Of a stretch of 64,000 nt of DNA, positions 18,730-28,342 are shown one piece after another. Source of the stretch: Pseudomonadota bacterium (GTDB lineage Bacteria > Pseudomonadota > Alphaproteobacteria > Sphingomonadales > Sphingomonadaceae); assembly GCA_018242165.1 (NCBI GenBank), contig JAFECL010000003.1, positions 6,290 through 70,289 on the forward strand, given 5' to 3'. Every line of letters begins with the position of its first letter. Positions within the stretch are counted from its first letter, which is position 1. Under the pieces are notes generated by a model, which was not told the DNA's origin, searched no databases, and worked only from the letters and a program-made list of their open reading frames with translations. A program made the translations under genes and the position numbers.

Positions 18730-19592
18730 GCCTGCAGTTCCGCCGCCTGGGTAGCTGCGGCGCGATGCTGCGCCAGCCAGTCGACGATCGTGATCTGGCC
18801 CTCGGCATCCTCGGCCAGAGCCGTGCAACTCTCGACCCAGTCGCCGTCGTTGTAGTAGGTTATCTCGCCAATCTCGCGGATCTCGGCGCAGTGGATGTGG
18901 CCGCAGACCACCCCGGCAAAGCCGCGCTGGCGGGCCACGCGGGCGACCGCTTCCTCGAACTTGCCGACATAGGCGACGGCGTTCTTGACCTTGCGCTTGA
19001 GGTAGGCGGAGAGCGACCAGTAGGGCAGCCCCAATGCCCGCCGCGCGCGGTTCAGCACGGTGTTGATTTTCAACAGCAGTTCGTAGGCCGCGTCGCCCAG
19101 CAGTGCCAGCCAGCGGGCATAGACCACCACCGTGTCGAAGGCATCGCCATGGACCACCAGCAGGCGCCGCCCGTCGGCGGTGGCGTGCACCGCCTCGTCG
19201 ACCAGCTCGACCCCGCCGAAGGTCAGCCCGGCATAGTCGCGCAGCATCTCGTCGTGGTTGCCGGCGATGAAGACCACCCGGGTACCACGATGCGCCATCT
19301 TGAGGATGCGGCGCAGCACCTCGTTGTGGGCATCGGGCCAGAACCAGCCCTTCTTCAGCCGCCAGCCGTCGATGATGTCGCCAACCAGGTAGAGCGTTTC
19401 GCACTCTATCGACCGCAGGAAATCGGTCAGCAGTTCGGCATTGCAGCCCGGCGTGCCAAGGTGGATGTCCGAAATCCACACCGCGCGATAGCGGCGCTTG
19501 GGCCGGAATGCGCGGGGCTCGGGGTGGCGCAGCCAGTCTGGCAGGCGGGGTTTTCCGGCATTCAGGGGGGCAAGCAGTTCGGTCGCGGACAT
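18726..19592 (-). CDS. plcP: Metallophosphoesterase, PlcP-like phospholipase C (LpxH family)
   Basis: 'ISDIHLG', 'LVGDIIDGW', 'GNHD', 'HGD', 'CGHIH', 'NDGDWVE'; paired with GT4 under Pho boxes. Confidence 0.8.
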   Translation of the reverse strand: MSATELLAPLNAGKPRLPDWLRHPEPRAFRPKRRYRAVWISDIHLGTPGCNAELLTDFLRSIECETLYLVGDIIDGWRLKKGWFWPDAHNEVLRRILKMAHRGTRVVFIAGNHDEMLRDYAGLTFGGVELVDEAVHATADGRRLLVVHGDAFDTVVVYARWLALLGDAAYELLLKINTVLNRARRALGLPYWSLSAYLKRKVKNAVAYVGKFEEAVARVARQRGFAGVVCGHIHCAEIREIGEITYYNDGDWVESCTALAEDAEGQITIVDWLAQHRAAATQAAELQA

Positions 19593-19619
19593 CGGGCAGG
19601 CTCCAGCCGGGAATGCCCC

Positions 19620-19675
19620 GACCTAGCCTGTCTGCGTGACGCGGAGGTTTCAGTCCGGTTGCAGTCGCATGAACG
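19620..19675 (-). promoter_or_regulatory. Degenerate Pho-box array upstream of plcP-like gene
   Basis: Minus strand CGTTCAT gcga CTGCAAC cgga CTGAAAC ctcc GCGTCAC (19675-19636), TAG 10 nt downstream. Confidence 0.6.
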
Positions 19676-19726
19676 CCGCAATGAACACCTTGGTCCAGAG
19701 TGCGCGCGGCTGCATCGCGGTTCCGC

Positions 19727-22123
19727 CTACCTTGCCTGACCCCCGCCAATCTTCGCCCGCAAAGTCACGCCCATCATCCGTGGATCGCTGGGGGTGCCAA
19801 CGATCAGCCCGCTGTTGCCGGCCTGCACTGTCACGTTCTGCAGGTAGTTGCGGTTGAACAGGTTGCGGGCGAACAGGGCCAGTTCCCAGCCCTTGCTGGC
19901 ACGCAGGCCCAGGCTGACGTTGACCAGCGCATAGCCCGGGATGACAGTATAGGCGCTGTCGGTGGCGTCACCATAGATCGCGGTGCGGGCGAACATGTCG
20001 GCGCGTAGATAGGCTTCGCCCAGCGGCACGGCCAGAGTGTATTCCCCGCCCACCGAGCCCGACCATTTGGGCAGGCCGGGCAGGCCCTTGCCGGTCAGGT
20101 CGCAGGCAACGGTGGCGCTGCCGGTCGCCTCGATCGGGCAGGGCGCGGCGGGATAGGAGGCATAGCGCCCATCGGCGTAAGAACCGGCGGCGCGCAGGGT
20201 AAAGTGCGGGCCAATCCGCGCGGCAGCGTCGAATTCCGCCCCCTTCACCGTCACCAGCGGAATATTGGCGAGGTACGAACGCAGCGCGATCACCGCCGCA
20301 TTGTCGACCACATTGGCCTGAAAATCGCGCACCCGGGTGGAATAGACCGAGAGGTTGAACGTGGCCCCGCCGCCCGGCTGGCTGAGCTTGATCCCCGCTT
20401 CCCAAGTGGTGTTCTGCTCGGGCCGGACGGTAACGGTGGAGAGGATCGGATCGCCCGAGGCATGGCCCGCCACCCCGGCGGGATAGACCGGCAGGCCCGA
20501 CATGTTGATCCCGCCCGACTTCTGCCCGCGCGCCAGGCTGGCATAGGCCATCGCCTTGTCGCTGATCTGCCAGGCAAGGTTGGCCCGGCCCGAGGCGCTG
20601 CCATCGGCAATGTGGCCGGTGTAGCTTTGCGCGCGCAGGATCGACTGCTGATCGTTGAACAGCGCCGATCCGGCAACGGTGGCCTGCCCGCCGAAAGTCT
20701 GCAGGTTATAGGCCCCGTCCTTCACCTCGTAGGTATAGCGGATGCCCCCGGTCAGGGTCAGGCGCGGGGTCAGGTGCAGGCTCGCCTCGCCAAACATGGC
20801 ATAGCTGTAGGTGCTGAATGTGGTGGTGCCGCTCGACTGATAGCCGTTGAGCAGCGAGGCGGTGCGGCTGGCCGATGCCGGCAGCAGCCACCAGGTCGCC
20901 AGCGGGCCGTAGATGCTGATCGGGTGGCCGGTGATCTTCTGGTAGAAGTAATAGAGTCCGGCGACATAGTCGAACCGCCCCGGATTGGCCGAGGCGATCC
21001 GCAGTTCCTGGCTCAGCTGGTCTTGTCGCGAGGGGATGTGCTGGGTCAGCTGGATCGGCAGTCCGGTGTAGTCGCGATCGTTCGCCGCATCCCAGTTCCA
21101 GAACCGCCAGGCGCTGACCCAGGTGAGATTGGCGGCGCCGAGTTTCGCCTCGGCGATGGTCGAGACCCCGCCCTCGCTGGTCTTGACCCCCAGCGCGGCA
21201 TCAATGTCGGTCTTGCGGTCATAGGGGTTGAGGTTGGGCGGCGTGTAACCCCCGGCCTGCGCGCCTGCTGCCAGCGCGGCATATTGCTGGGCCAGGGGCT
21301 TCAGGGTCGGGGCGACGCGGACATAGACCTGGGTGCAGCAGGTGTTGGCGAAATTGGACCAGTCGGCGATCAGGCGGAGGCTGACGCCGCCCGCCGGCTG
21401 GAACAGCAGTTCGCCGCGCAGCGCGTCGCTATGGACATCGTTGAGCCACTGGCCGGTGCGGACGTTCCGGATCACCCCGTCACGCCGGGTCAGCGCGCCC
21501 GACAGGCGGAAGGCCAGGCTCTCGCCCGCCAGCGGCCCGGTCAGCGCTGCCTTGGCCTGGACGAAGCCCTGTTGGCCATAGGACAGCTCGCCTTCGGTGC
21601 CGAAGCTGAAGCTGGGCTGCCTGGTGGTAATATGGATCGCGCCGGCGGTGGTGTTCTTGCCGAACAGGGTGCCCTGCGGCCCGCGCAGCACTTCGACCTG
21701 TTCGATGTCGGCAAAGTCGAATGCCGTCGTGGCCGGGCGGGCATGGTAGACCTGATCGACATAGAAGCCGACGCCCGGCTCCAGCCCGTCATTCGCCTGG
21801 CTGATCGCCACCACGCTGCTGCCCAGCCCCCGGATGGTATAGGCGGTGTTGCGCGGGTTGGGTGAGGCATAGTTCAGCGTCGGCACCAGCTGCGACAGCT
21901 GGCCGGTGTTGACCGTATAGGTCTTGGCGAGGGCATCGGCCCCCACCACCGAGAGCGCGGCGGGCACGGCCTGGGCATCCTCGGCCCGGCGCCGGGCGGT
22001 GACCACGATGGTGCCATCGGCCGTCGCGCCCGACGCGGCGGGGGCTTCATCGGCGCGGGCGGTCAGCGGGCAGGCGAGAGCGAGCGGTGCGGCGGCAGTG
22101 ACAAACAGGACGGTGCGGCGCAT
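19727..22123 (-). CDS. TonB-dependent receptor
   Basis: 'TIVVTARRRAE' TonB box, 'VEVLRGPQGTLFGKNTTAGAI' plug; C-terminus ends in a short extension rather than Phe. Confidence 0.92.
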   Translation of the reverse strand: MRRTVLFVTAAAPLALACPLTARADEAPAASGATADGTIVVTARRRAEDAQAVPAALSVVGADALAKTYTVNTGQLSQLVPTLNYASPNPRNTAYTIRGLGSSVVAISQANDGLEPGVGFYVDQVYHARPATTAFDFADIEQVEVLRGPQGTLFGKNTTAGAIHITTRQPSFSFGTEGELSYGQQGFVQAKAALTGPLAGESLAFRLSGALTRRDGVIRNVRTGQWLNDVHSDALRGELLFQPAGGVSLRLIADWSNFANTCCTQVYVRVAPTLKPLAQQYAALAAGAQAGGYTPPNLNPYDRKTDIDAALGVKTSEGGVSTIAEAKLGAANLTWVSAWRFWNWDAANDRDYTGLPIQLTQHIPSRQDQLSQELRIASANPGRFDYVAGLYYFYQKITGHPISIYGPLATWWLLPASASRTASLLNGYQSSGTTTFSTYSYAMFGEASLHLTPRLTLTGGIRYTYEVKDGAYNLQTFGGQATVAGSALFNDQQSILRAQSYTGHIADGSASGRANLAWQISDKAMAYASLARGQKSGGINMSGLPVYPAGVAGHASGDPILSTVTVRPEQNTTWEAGIKLSQPGGGATFNLSVYSTRVRDFQANVVDNAAVIALRSYLANIPLVTVKGAEFDAAARIGPHFTLRAAGSYADGRYASYPAAPCPIEATGSATVACDLTGKGLPGLPKWSGSVGGEYTLAVPLGEAYLRADMFARTAIYGDATDSAYTVIPGYALVNVSLGLRASKGWELALFARNLFNRNYLQNVTVQAGNSGLIVGTPSDPRMMGVTLRAKIGGGQAR

Positions 22124-22160
22124 GAAAACTCCCCGAAAGGCGCCGCTGCATGCGGGCGAC

Positions 22161-22186
22161 TCTCTATATATGATAGAATATAGAGA
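22161..22186. promoter_or_regulatory. ModE-box-like palindrome
   Basis: TCTCTATAT-N8-ATATAGAGA perfect inverted repeat, AT-rich in a GC-rich background, 38 nt upstream of the TBDR start and next to a ModE-family gene. Confidence 0.75.
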
Positions 22187-22245
22187 TGGCCGCTAACGGG
22201 CGGAGCGTGGCAGCGCAAGCCCCGGGGGGCAGGACAAACCGGCGA

Positions 22246-22623
22246 TCAGTGCTGCGCGGGGCGGGGGGTGGGGGCCAGCAGCGCGGCAAGCGGGGTATCG
22301 AACCGATCGGCTGCCGCCTGCCCTGCCGCCGTCTGCATGGCGCGGTATTGGCGCAAGACCTCGGCACCCAGTTCCGAAACCCGCGCCCCGCGTTCGTGGC
22401 CGCCGCCCGCCAGCGTTTCCACCAGCGGGCCGGACCAGCAGCGATTCATCGCATCGACCAGCAGCCAGGCCCGGCGATAGCTCATCCCCATCGCCCGCGC
22501 CGCCGCCGAGATCGAGCCATGGGCAGCGATGGCATCGAGCAGATCGGCCTTGCCCGGCCCCATCGCGATCTCGTGGTCGCAATAGATCTGCAGCTTGAGC
22601 TTCACGGCGGGGTTCACGGGCAT
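22246..22623 (-). CDS. Short ModE-family regulator (wHTH only, no TOBE domains)
   Basis: 'AMGPGKADLLDAIAAHGSISAAARAMGMSYRRAWLLVDAMN', 'GGGHERGARVS'. Confidence 0.9.
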   Translation of the reverse strand: MPVNPAVKLKLQIYCDHEIAMGPGKADLLDAIAAHGSISAAARAMGMSYRRAWLLVDAMNRCWSGPLVETLAGGGHERGARVSELGAEVLRQYRAMQTAAGQAAADRFDTPLAALLAPTPRPAQH

Positions 22624-22733
22624 GGCGCACTGTCGCGCGGCAAGCGCATCACGGTCAAGTCGCGCGATTGACATCGGCCCAAGGCAGGTTGAGTGTGCGC
22701 GACAGCGATCCGCAATCGCCACGGAGGCAGGCA

Positions 22734-23942
22734 ATGTCAGATGCGATCTCGGCCTATCCTCGCCGTTCGGTACTGGCCGGGCTGGCTGGCCTTGCGGCTG
22801 CCCCCGCCCTCGCGAAGGAGGCGCAGCTCACCCTGCCCTTCGCCAATGGCGAGCGGCCGCTGGTGCGCCTGCCGCAGAAGCGGCCCCTGATCGCGCTGAC
22901 CACCCGCCCACCTCAGGTGGAAACGCCGTTCGCCCTCTTCAATCAGGGCGTCATCACGCCCAATGATGCGTTCTTTGTCCGCTATCACCTCTCCGGCCTG
23001 CCCGACACGATCGATCCGGCAACCTTCCGCCTGACACTGGGCGGGCAGGTCGATCATCCGCTGTCGCTCTCGCTGGCCGAGCTGAGGCGCGACTTTCCCG
23101 TGCAGGAAGTGGTCGCCGTCAATCAGTGCAGCGGCAACAGCCGCGGCTTCTCCAACCCGCGCGTGGCGGGGGGACAGTTGGGCCATGGCGCGATGGGCAA
23201 TGCCCGCTGGCGCGGCGTGCCGTTGCGTGCGCTGCTCGACCGGGCCGGGGTCAAGGCCGGGGCCCGCCAGGTCAGCTTCAGCGGGCTCGACACGCCCCCG
23301 GTCGATACTGTGCCGGATTTCGTCAAGGCGCTTGACCTCGACCACGCCCGCGATGGCGAGGTGATGGTCGCCTGGGCGATGAATGGCGAGGATCTGCCCT
23401 TTCTGAATGGCTATCCGCTGCGGCTGGTGGTGCCGGGATGGTATGGCACCTATTGGGTCAAGCATCTGAACGAGATCACCTTGCTCGACCAGCCGTTCGA
23501 CGGCTATTGGATGAAGACCGCCTATCGCATCCCCGATACGCCTGATGCCAGCGTTCCGGTGGGCACCAAGCCGGCCAGCACGCGCCCGATCAGCAAACTC
23601 AACGTCCGCTCGTTCCTGACCAGCCATGCCGATGGCGCACGCATCGCCGCCCGCCGCCAGACCCAGTTGCGGGGCATTGCCTTCAGTGGCGGTGATGGCA
23701 TCGCCCATGTGCTGGTCTCGATCGACGATGGCGCTACCTGGGCCGAAGCTCAACTGGGCGAGGATCTGGGGCGCTATTCGTTCCGCGAATGGCGGCTCGG
23801 CGTGAACCTGGCCCCGGGCCGGCATATCATCCGCGTGCGCGCCACCACGGTGGCGGGAGAGACCCAGCCGCTGCAACCCTTGTGGAACCCGGCGGGCTAT
23901 ATGCGCAACGTTGTCGAGGCGGTAACGGTGGAGGCGGTATGA
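22734..23942 (+). CDS. sorA: Sulfite dehydrogenase molybdopterin subunit (SorA-like)
   Basis: Tat signal 'RRSVL', 'FFVRYH', Mo-ligating 'QCSGNSR', 'NGYPLRLVVPGWYGTYWVK'. Confidence 0.88.
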   Translation: MSDAISAYPRRSVLAGLAGLAAAPALAKEAQLTLPFANGERPLVRLPQKRPLIALTTRPPQVETPFALFNQGVITPNDAFFVRYHLSGLPDTIDPATFRLTLGGQVDHPLSLSLAELRRDFPVQEVVAVNQCSGNSRGFSNPRVAGGQLGHGAMGNARWRGVPLRALLDRAGVKAGARQVSFSGLDTPPVDTVPDFVKALDLDHARDGEVMVAWAMNGEDLPFLNGYPLRLVVPGWYGTYWVKHLNEITLLDQPFDGYWMKTAYRIPDTPDASVPVGTKPASTRPISKLNVRSFLTSHADGARIAARRQTQLRGIAFSGGDGIAHVLVSIDDGATWAEAQLGEDLGRYSFREWRLGVNLAPGRHIIRVRATTVAGETQPLQPLWNPAGYMRNVVEAVTVEAV

Positions 23943-24262
23943 TCGCGCGAATTGCCGGGTGTGTTGCGATCCTAGCGCTGATCGGCGCGGCGCCCGGGGC
24001 ATCGGGGCGCGTCGTGCATTATCAGCCGCGCGAGGAAACGATCCCGCCCATCCTTTCCGATGAAGCAAGCCAGATCGTCGTGGCCAATTGCATGAGCTGC
24101 CATTCGCTCGACTATCTTACCACCCAGCCGCGCGGGAAGGGGACGAAGTTCTGGCGCGACGAGGTGACCAAGATGATCGCCGTCTACAAGGCGCCCGTGG
24201 AACCCGCCGATGCTGACGCTATCGTCGCCGCGCTGGATCGCAAATTCGGCGGTGGAGGCTGA
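23939..24262 (+). CDS. sorB: Monoheme cytochrome c (SorB-like)
   Basis: CMSCH heme motif, 'DYLTTQP', 'VTKMIAVYKAP'; ATGA overlap with sorA. Confidence 0.85.
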   Translation: MIARIAGCVAILALIGAAPGASGRVVHYQPREETIPPILSDEASQIVVANCMSCHSLDYLTTQPRGKGTKFWRDEVTKMIAVYKAPVEPADADAIVAALDRKFGGGG

Positions 24263-24310
24263 GCAGCGCCCGTGGTCGCGTTGGACCGACAGAGTGCGAC
24301 CTGCATCCGG

Positions 24311-25852
24311 TCAGAATGCCGCTTCGACGCCCAGGACGCCAAGGTTGGAATGGGCGGTGCCATCGGTCCAGGTCTGGTAGTAGGGAACCGGCGAGCTGGC
24401 CGGGCAGGTGGCAGCGCCGCATGCGCCCGCGCCGTTGCCGCCGGTGAGGAAATTCAGCGGGGCGTAGCCCTCGGTCAGGATCGCCTCGCCGAACAGCTTG
24501 ACCGAGCGCGACAGCCGCCAGGCAAGCCCGCCAACCCACTGGTTCTGGCGGTGCCACGGGGTGCCACTGGGCCCGGCGATAAACCGGCTGAACTCGAACG
24601 AGAAGTCGACCGAGTCATGCTGCAGCGGCGAGCGATAGCGTGCGCCCAGGGTCATCGCCTGAACCTTGTTCGCCGGCAGGCCGGCATAGGGATTGGCGGG
24701 ATAGCCCGGCAGCGAGAGCGGGCCGGTGCCCGGCCAGGCCTTGGTCGTCCCGGCATAGTCACCCATCACGGTCAGTCGGCCGTAGTCGAGCCGGCCATAG
24801 ACTGCCGCCGCAGGATTGTTGATCACGCAATTGAGGAAATGGGCGATCGGGTAATTGGTGCAGTAGCTGCTGCCATGCTCGTAGCTGGCGCCAAGGCGCA
24901 GCGAGCCCCCGCCGAACGTGGCGGTGTAGTTGGCATCGAAGGCGTAATTGTTGACGAGCGAGGGCACGTTGGTGCCGTTGACCACCGAGTTGACGGCACG
25001 AAATTGCGCCCCACCCTCGATCGCGGCGGCCCGGATGTGCACGCCATGGGCGTAGTAACCCACCACGGCCTCGTTGGCGAGGCCGCCGAAGGCATGCCAG
25101 CTGGTCGAATTCGTGTAAGGGTTGACGCTGTCGTTCTGACCGAACGGCACGTCGAGCTTGCCGAGCGAGACATAGAATGGCGAGCGCTTGAGATCGCCCA
25201 GCGTCACGAACCCGCGCGTGACCGAGACCACATTGCGCCCGATCACCGTGTTGCTTCCGGCGGCGAAGCTCGATTCCGGATTGTACAGCAGTTCGGCATA
25301 GGCGGTGACGAAGCTGGCGGGGCGCGCCGTAAGGCTGAAGCGCACCGAATCGACCGCCACTTCCGAAGCGTGGTTGCCAACCTGATTGTTGGCGGTGGGC
25401 TGGCGCATCAGCCAGCCGAATTTCGAGGCCCGGTTGGAATATTCCCAGTCGGCCAGCGCGACCACATCGCCGCCGAGCGTCAGCCGATGGCTGAGTTCGC
25501 CATCACGCGCTGCTTCGAGCAGCAGCAGGTTTTTGGTGTTGGTCCACTCGGCGTGGTTGAGCATCCGGGTCGAGAGGCCGGTCGCGGTGCCGACCAGATC
25601 CATCGTGCCGGACGAAGCCGGGGTAGCATCGTCATAGGCCGGGCTCGCCGCCGGGGCGGCGGCGGGTGCGGCGGGCTTGCCCTTGAGCTGGTCAACCTCG
25701 GCCTGAAGGCGGGCATTGGCCGCCTCAAGCCGGTTCAGGCGTTCGAGCAGCGCGGCGCTGGCGTCCTGGGCCTGGGCGGCACTGGCCAGCGAACTGCCGG
25801 CCAGCAGCATGGCCACGGCCATGGCGGGACGAGGAAGGCGAGTAAGGGCCAT
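24311..25852 (-). CDS. Outer-membrane beta-barrel protein, LbtU-like porin with N-terminal coiled coil
   Basis: Signal peptide, coiled coil 'LLERLNRLEAANARLQAEVDQLK', 'GFVTLGDLKRSPFYVSLGKLDVPFG' resembling LbtU-family barrels, C-terminal Phe. Confidence 0.6.
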   Translation of the reverse strand: MALTRLPRPAMAVAMLLAGSSLASAAQAQDASAALLERLNRLEAANARLQAEVDQLKGKPAAPAAAPAASPAYDDATPASSGTMDLVGTATGLSTRMLNHAEWTNTKNLLLLEAARDGELSHRLTLGGDVVALADWEYSNRASKFGWLMRQPTANNQVGNHASEVAVDSVRFSLTARPASFVTAYAELLYNPESSFAAGSNTVIGRNVVSVTRGFVTLGDLKRSPFYVSLGKLDVPFGQNDSVNPYTNSTSWHAFGGLANEAVVGYYAHGVHIRAAAIEGGAQFRAVNSVVNGTNVPSLVNNYAFDANYTATFGGGSLRLGASYEHGSSYCTNYPIAHFLNCVINNPAAAVYGRLDYGRLTVMGDYAGTTKAWPGTGPLSLPGYPANPYAGLPANKVQAMTLGARYRSPLQHDSVDFSFEFSRFIAGPSGTPWHRQNQWVGGLAWRLSRSVKLFGEAILTEGYAPLNFLTGGNGAGACGAATCPASSPVPYYQTWTDGTAHSNLGVLGVEAAF

Positions 25853-25869
25853 GGACTGCTCCCTTCGGA

Positions 25870-27435
25870 TCACGAATGCTGGGAAAGGGCGGTAAGGTGC
25901 TGGGTAATGGTCTGGTTGTCGGGACGCAGCTTGGCGGCGCGGGCCAGCAGTTCCCGGGCTTCGGCGGATGGCCCCTTCGCCTTGAACAGGGCCCAGCCCA
26001 GCGTATCGAGCACGGTCGCGTCATTCGGGGCCAGGGCCTGTGCCCGGCGCGCCAGCGTCACGGCGCCATTGGCATCGCCCATTTCGATTTTCACATAGGC
26101 TGCGTTGTTCAGCAGTATCGGCCGGCCGCCGTTGGGGCCGCCGAGCAGCCGGGCATAGATGCCGTCGGCCTCGCGCCACTGTCCGGAACGGATCGCCTTG
26201 TCAGCGGCGATCATCGCTGCCGCATCCGGGTCGGCCTTGCCGCTGGCAGCGGCGCGCTGGGCCAGCCCTGCCGCGGCAGGATCGTGAGCGGCGCCGGCAA
26301 GATCGGCGGCGAGGCGCAGCGCTTCGGGCGGAGCATTCGGCGCCAGGGCCAGCGGCTTGAGGATTTGCCAGCCACCCGGCTTGTCGCCGGCCTGGGCCAT
26401 CAGCGCGGCCAGCACCAGCCGCCCGCGGGGATCATCGCCACGGCGGTCGAAAAAGGCCGTAAGCTGACTGATCGCCTGCTGATTGTTGCCCACCTTGGCG
26501 TTGGCGAGGCCGGACAGCAAGCCCAGGCGCGGGAAGCGGTCATTCTGATCGCCGGCTACGCCGAGAACCTTGAGCGCCTGATTGCCGTCGCCCGCCGCCA
26601 GCGCCAGTTCGGCGGCAGCGATGGCGACCATGGGATTGTCGGGCGCGGCAGTGCGCGCATCGCCAATCCATCGCTTGGCGCCGGCAGCGTCGCCGCGCAG
26701 ACTGGCGATCATCCCCAGCCCAAGCATCGGCGCCTGATGGTGCGGACGGATCTGGTGGAGATGCGAAAAGACCTCGTTGGCTACATCGAGCTGGCGATGT
26801 TCCAACGCCAGCTGGCCGGCGAAGAGCATGGCGTCCACATTGTCGGGCGCCGATTTGCGCAGGCCTGCGGCAATGGCGTCGGCACGGGCATTGTCGCCCA
26901 TTGCCACCGCGCGCAGGCCGTCCAGGGCAAGCAGTTCGGGTGACTGAGGGAACCGTGCAAGGCCGCTGTCGAGCAGGCCCTTGACCCGCTTGAAGTCACC
27001 GGTCGCGGCCGAGGCTTGAACAGCCACCGCAAAGGACTGGGCATCCGCTGGCTCGCCGGTGCCCAGCAACCTGAGGGCCTCGTCGGGTTTCCCGGAGGTC
27101 AGGTAGGCCTTTGCCAGCAGCGGGGTGACCCGTGCGGTGTAGGCTGGATCGTTGAGCAACCGGTTGAACTGGTTGATCGCGCCATAGCCGTTGCCCAGCT
27201 CAAGCGCGACCTGCCCGCTGAGGAACTGGGCTTCCTTGTCGTTCGGGTTGCTGGTGAGCACCGCGCCCAGGGCCTTGCCTGCGGCATCGTAATCGTTGCG
27301 CGCGATGGCTGCGGTGGCGTCCTGCAGCGTTTTGCCGCCAGGCTCGGCGCTGCCTGAGCAGGCGGCCAGCAGAACAACCAGCGGCGCCAGACTGGCGGCC
27401 GCAAAGGCGAAGCGTGATGCACGACGTTCATTCAT
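25870..27435 (-). CDS. TPR-repeat lipoprotein (PrsT-like)
   Basis: Lipobox 'LLAAC'; TPR repeats; C-terminal 'LNNAAY..ARRAQALAPNDATVLDTLGW' as in PEP-CTERM system PrsT. Confidence 0.75.
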   Translation of the reverse strand: MNERRASRFAFAAASLAPLVVLLAACSGSAEPGGKTLQDATAAIARNDYDAAGKALGAVLTSNPNDKEAQFLSGQVALELGNGYGAINQFNRLLNDPAYTARVTPLLAKAYLTSGKPDEALRLLGTGEPADAQSFAVAVQASAATGDFKRVKGLLDSGLARFPQSPELLALDGLRAVAMGDNARADAIAAGLRKSAPDNVDAMLFAGQLALEHRQLDVANEVFSHLHQIRPHHQAPMLGLGMIASLRGDAAGAKRWIGDARTAAPDNPMVAIAAAELALAAGDGNQALKVLGVAGDQNDRFPRLGLLSGLANAKVGNNQQAISQLTAFFDRRGDDPRGRLVLAALMAQAGDKPGGWQILKPLALAPNAPPEALRLAADLAGAAHDPAAAGLAQRAAASGKADPDAAAMIAADKAIRSGQWREADGIYARLLGGPNGGRPILLNNAAYVKIEMGDANGAVTLARRAQALAPNDATVLDTLGWALFKAKGPSAEARELLARAAKLRPDNQTITQHLTALSQHS

Positions 27436-27655
27436 GGGGCGATCAGTAAGCAGCTTTGGTTAATAATTTCTTGCCGCATCCGGTCGCCGCCAAGGCATTT
27501 CCTGCAAATACAATGGTTATGGTTTCTCAAGTATTAACACCCAAAGTTACATAAACATAAATCATTAAATTGGTTGCCGCCAATTTTTACAAATCAGACA
27601 ATTATTAATTTCCATTAATCACCGAGATATTAGGAAAAGTGCCATTGTCATGATT

Positions 27656-27670
27656 TGGCACGGCCTGTGC
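27656..27670 (+). promoter_or_regulatory. Sigma54 (-24/-12) promoter
   Basis: TGGCAC-GGCCT-GTGC; preceded by an AT-rich tract (about 27450-27650) containing TTTTTACA at 27584-27591. Confidence 0.75.
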
Positions 27671-27754
27671 GTATGCCTCGGTGTCCGGCCTGAGCGATCA
27701 TGCCGACCTCGGTTTCAATTTAACGACTACAAGTCAGAACGAAGGGAAGCTCAG

Positions 27755-28336
27755 ATGAACAAGATCCGTATCTCGCTGATGGCCGCCACTTTGGTCCCCC
27801 TGCTGGGCCTTGCCGAGGCCGCTCATGCCGACATCTACACCTACGGCCTGTCCGCGGGTGGCTCCGGCGCGCAGACCGCCACGCTGACCATCGACACCGC
27901 CGCTGGTACCGGCACTGTCATCGGCTCGGCGATCAACGCCGCCTTCACCGGCAATTTCTCGAGCTTCACCGGCGGCGCCACGCCGACCCAGTCGATGTTC
28001 AACATCAACATGCCGGCCACTTCGACCATTACTGCCGGGGGCGTGACCTATTACGCCAACCAGGGCCACCAGCAGATGCTGGAAGTCTTCTCCAATTCGA
28101 TCAACCTCTGGTCGTATTGGGGGTCGGCGGCGTGCCCGAGCTGCGCCCAGCAGGGCGACCAGGTGTTCGGCCTGAGCGGCAGCTACAGCCACACCCCTGC
28201 CGGCGGCAGCAGCGGTGGCACGGCGGTGCCCGAGCCGGGGATGCTGGGCCTGATGGGCCTTGGCGCCGCCGCCATGGCCTTCCGCCGCCGGCGCGGGATC
28301 GTGCCCACCCTGATGCCTCGCGTGGCTTTTGCCTGA
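27755..28336 (+). CDS. PEP-CTERM sorting-domain protein
   Basis: Signal peptide; G/S/T-rich body; 'VPEPGMLGLMGLGAAAMAFRRRR'. Confidence 0.92.
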   Translation: MNKIRISLMAATLVPLLGLAEAAHADIYTYGLSAGGSGAQTATLTIDTAAGTGTVIGSAINAAFTGNFSSFTGGATPTQSMFNINMPATSTITAGGVTYYANQGHQQMLEVFSNSINLWSYWGSAACPSCAQQGDQVFGLSGSYSHTPAGGSSGGTAVPEPGMLGLMGLGAAAMAFRRRRGIVPTLMPRVAFA

Positions 28337-28342
28337 ATTTCG

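Noticed and set aside
17668-19749. 693-aa ORF suggesting a long glycosyltransferase fusion
   Set aside because: The real GT4 starts at ATG 18729; the upstream part is an off-frame read of the plcP-like gene with R/A/P-rich nonsense composition.
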